From the IMG/VR virus record IMGVR_UViG_3300046336_000146: a stretch of DNA of 64,000 bases. One strand, given 5' to 3'. The notes beneath the pieces were generated by a model. The model worked only from the letters and a program-made list of their open reading frames with translations. It did not search any database and was not told the DNA's origin. Shown piece by piece: positions 63,112-64,000 of the stretch; the first letter of the stretch is position 1, and each line of letters starts with the position of its first letter. The DNA comes from an uncultured virus (IMG/VR IMGVR_UViG_3300046336_000146). Taxonomy: Duplodnaviria; Heunggongvirae; Uroviricota; Caudoviricetes. The translations under genes were made by a program, and so were the position numbers.

Positions 63112-64000
63112 ATGAAAAGAATAGGAAACATATTTGATAAAGTAGTCAGCTTAGAGAATTTAAAAATCGCCGATAAAAAAGCTAAAAGAGGAAAAGCAAA
63201 TCAAAAAGAAATAAGAGAGTATTTTAAAAACAGAGAGGCTAATTTAGAAACACTTCATAACAGTTTAATTAATGGAGAATTTAAAACGTCCAACTATTCT
63301 GTTTTTAAAGTATATGAGCCAAAAGAAAGAATAATATCAAAACTACCTTTCTTCCCCGACAGAATAATTCAATGGGGTCTTTATTTACAGTTAGAAAATA
63401 TATTTACATCTACATTTACTGTGGACACTTATAGTGCAATAAAAGGAAGAGGTATTCATAAATTATCAAATAATTTAATTAAGTCTTTAAAAGATTTAAA
63501 TAAAACAACGTATTGTTTAAAGTTAGATATAAAACAATTTTATCCATCTATAGACAATAGTATCCTAAAAAACAAGATAAGGCGTAAAATAAAATGTAAA
63601 AAGACACTATATTTATTAGATAATATTATAGATTCCGCAAAAGGCTTACCTCTTGGTAATTTATTAAGTCAGCTGTTTGCTAATGTTTATCTTAATGAGT
63701 TAGACCATTACATAAAACAAGATTTAAAAGCAAAGTATTATTTTAGGTATTGTGATGACATTTGTATTTTATCAAATAATAAACAGGAGTTACATAGTAC
63801 ATTACATATTTTAAAGAGTAAATTAGCAGATATAAAATTAGAAGTTAAGGGTAACTATCAGATTTTTCCTGTAGAAAAAAGAGGAATTGATATTGTAGGG
63901 TACAAACATTTCCATACACATAAATTGTTAAGAAAATCAATTAAAAAGAATTATATTAAAAACAAGAATAAAAAGACACATTATTCGTGGTTAAAACATT
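63112..64000 (+). CDS. DGR reverse transcriptase (runs off the right edge)
   Basis: MKRIGNIF..EPKERII..PDRIIQ..GRGIH..LDIKQFYPSI..GLPLGNLLSQ..YFRYCDD (YCDD at 63748-63759). Confidence 0.95.
   Translation, partial: MKRIGNIFDKVVSLENLKIADKKAKRGKANQKEIREYFKNREANLETLHNSLINGEFKTSNYSVFKVYEPKERIISKLPFFPDRIIQWGLYLQLENIFTSTFTVDTYSAIKGRGIHKLSNNLIKSLKDLNKTTYCLKLDIKQFYPSIDNSILKNKIRRKIKCKKTLYLLDNIIDSAKGLPLGNLLSQLFANVYLNELDHYIKQDLKAKYYFRYCDDICILSNNKQELHSTLHILKSKLADIKLEVKGNYQIFPVEKRGIDIVGYKHFHTHKLLRKSIKKNYIKNKNKKTHYSWLKH

Noticed and set aside
63112..64000. RT as a group II intron or retron enzyme
   Set aside because: The adjacent TR/VR pair with adenine-specific differences and the LGNLLSQ motif identify a DGR RT

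Overview
AT-rich segment of a lytic-type Bacteroidota phage, probably with a Flavobacteriaceae host and with crAss-like gene order. Bases 1-22.9 kb are a minus-strand virion/packaging block: tail-fibre-like genes, major capsid, portal, terminase, GroEL and a GroES-like gene. Bases 23-42.5 kb are a plus-strand replication/recombination block: PolA-motif protein, SF2 helicase, RecA, PhoH and an SSB-like protein. Bases 42.5-45.2 kb are mostly non-coding and contain a consensus parS site and many hairpins. Bases 45-58 kb hold tightly packed small early-type ORFs. The standout is a phage-borne integron-like system. A 275-aa tyrosine recombinase (61150-61977) follows an attI-like half site and five attC-like hairpins (90-129 bp) that separate gene cassettes, each bounded by its own 14-15 bp terminal inverted repeat with an invariant mismatch at position 11. 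A second, integrase-less array of four related sites in the opposite orientation lies at 34.0-37.0 kb and carries a Panacea antitoxin cassette. Just downstream of the integrase is a compact diversity-generating retroelement (target VR, TR, RT; 15 of 16 VR/TR mismatches at TR adenines). All protein calls come from motif recognition by eye; no database searches were run.
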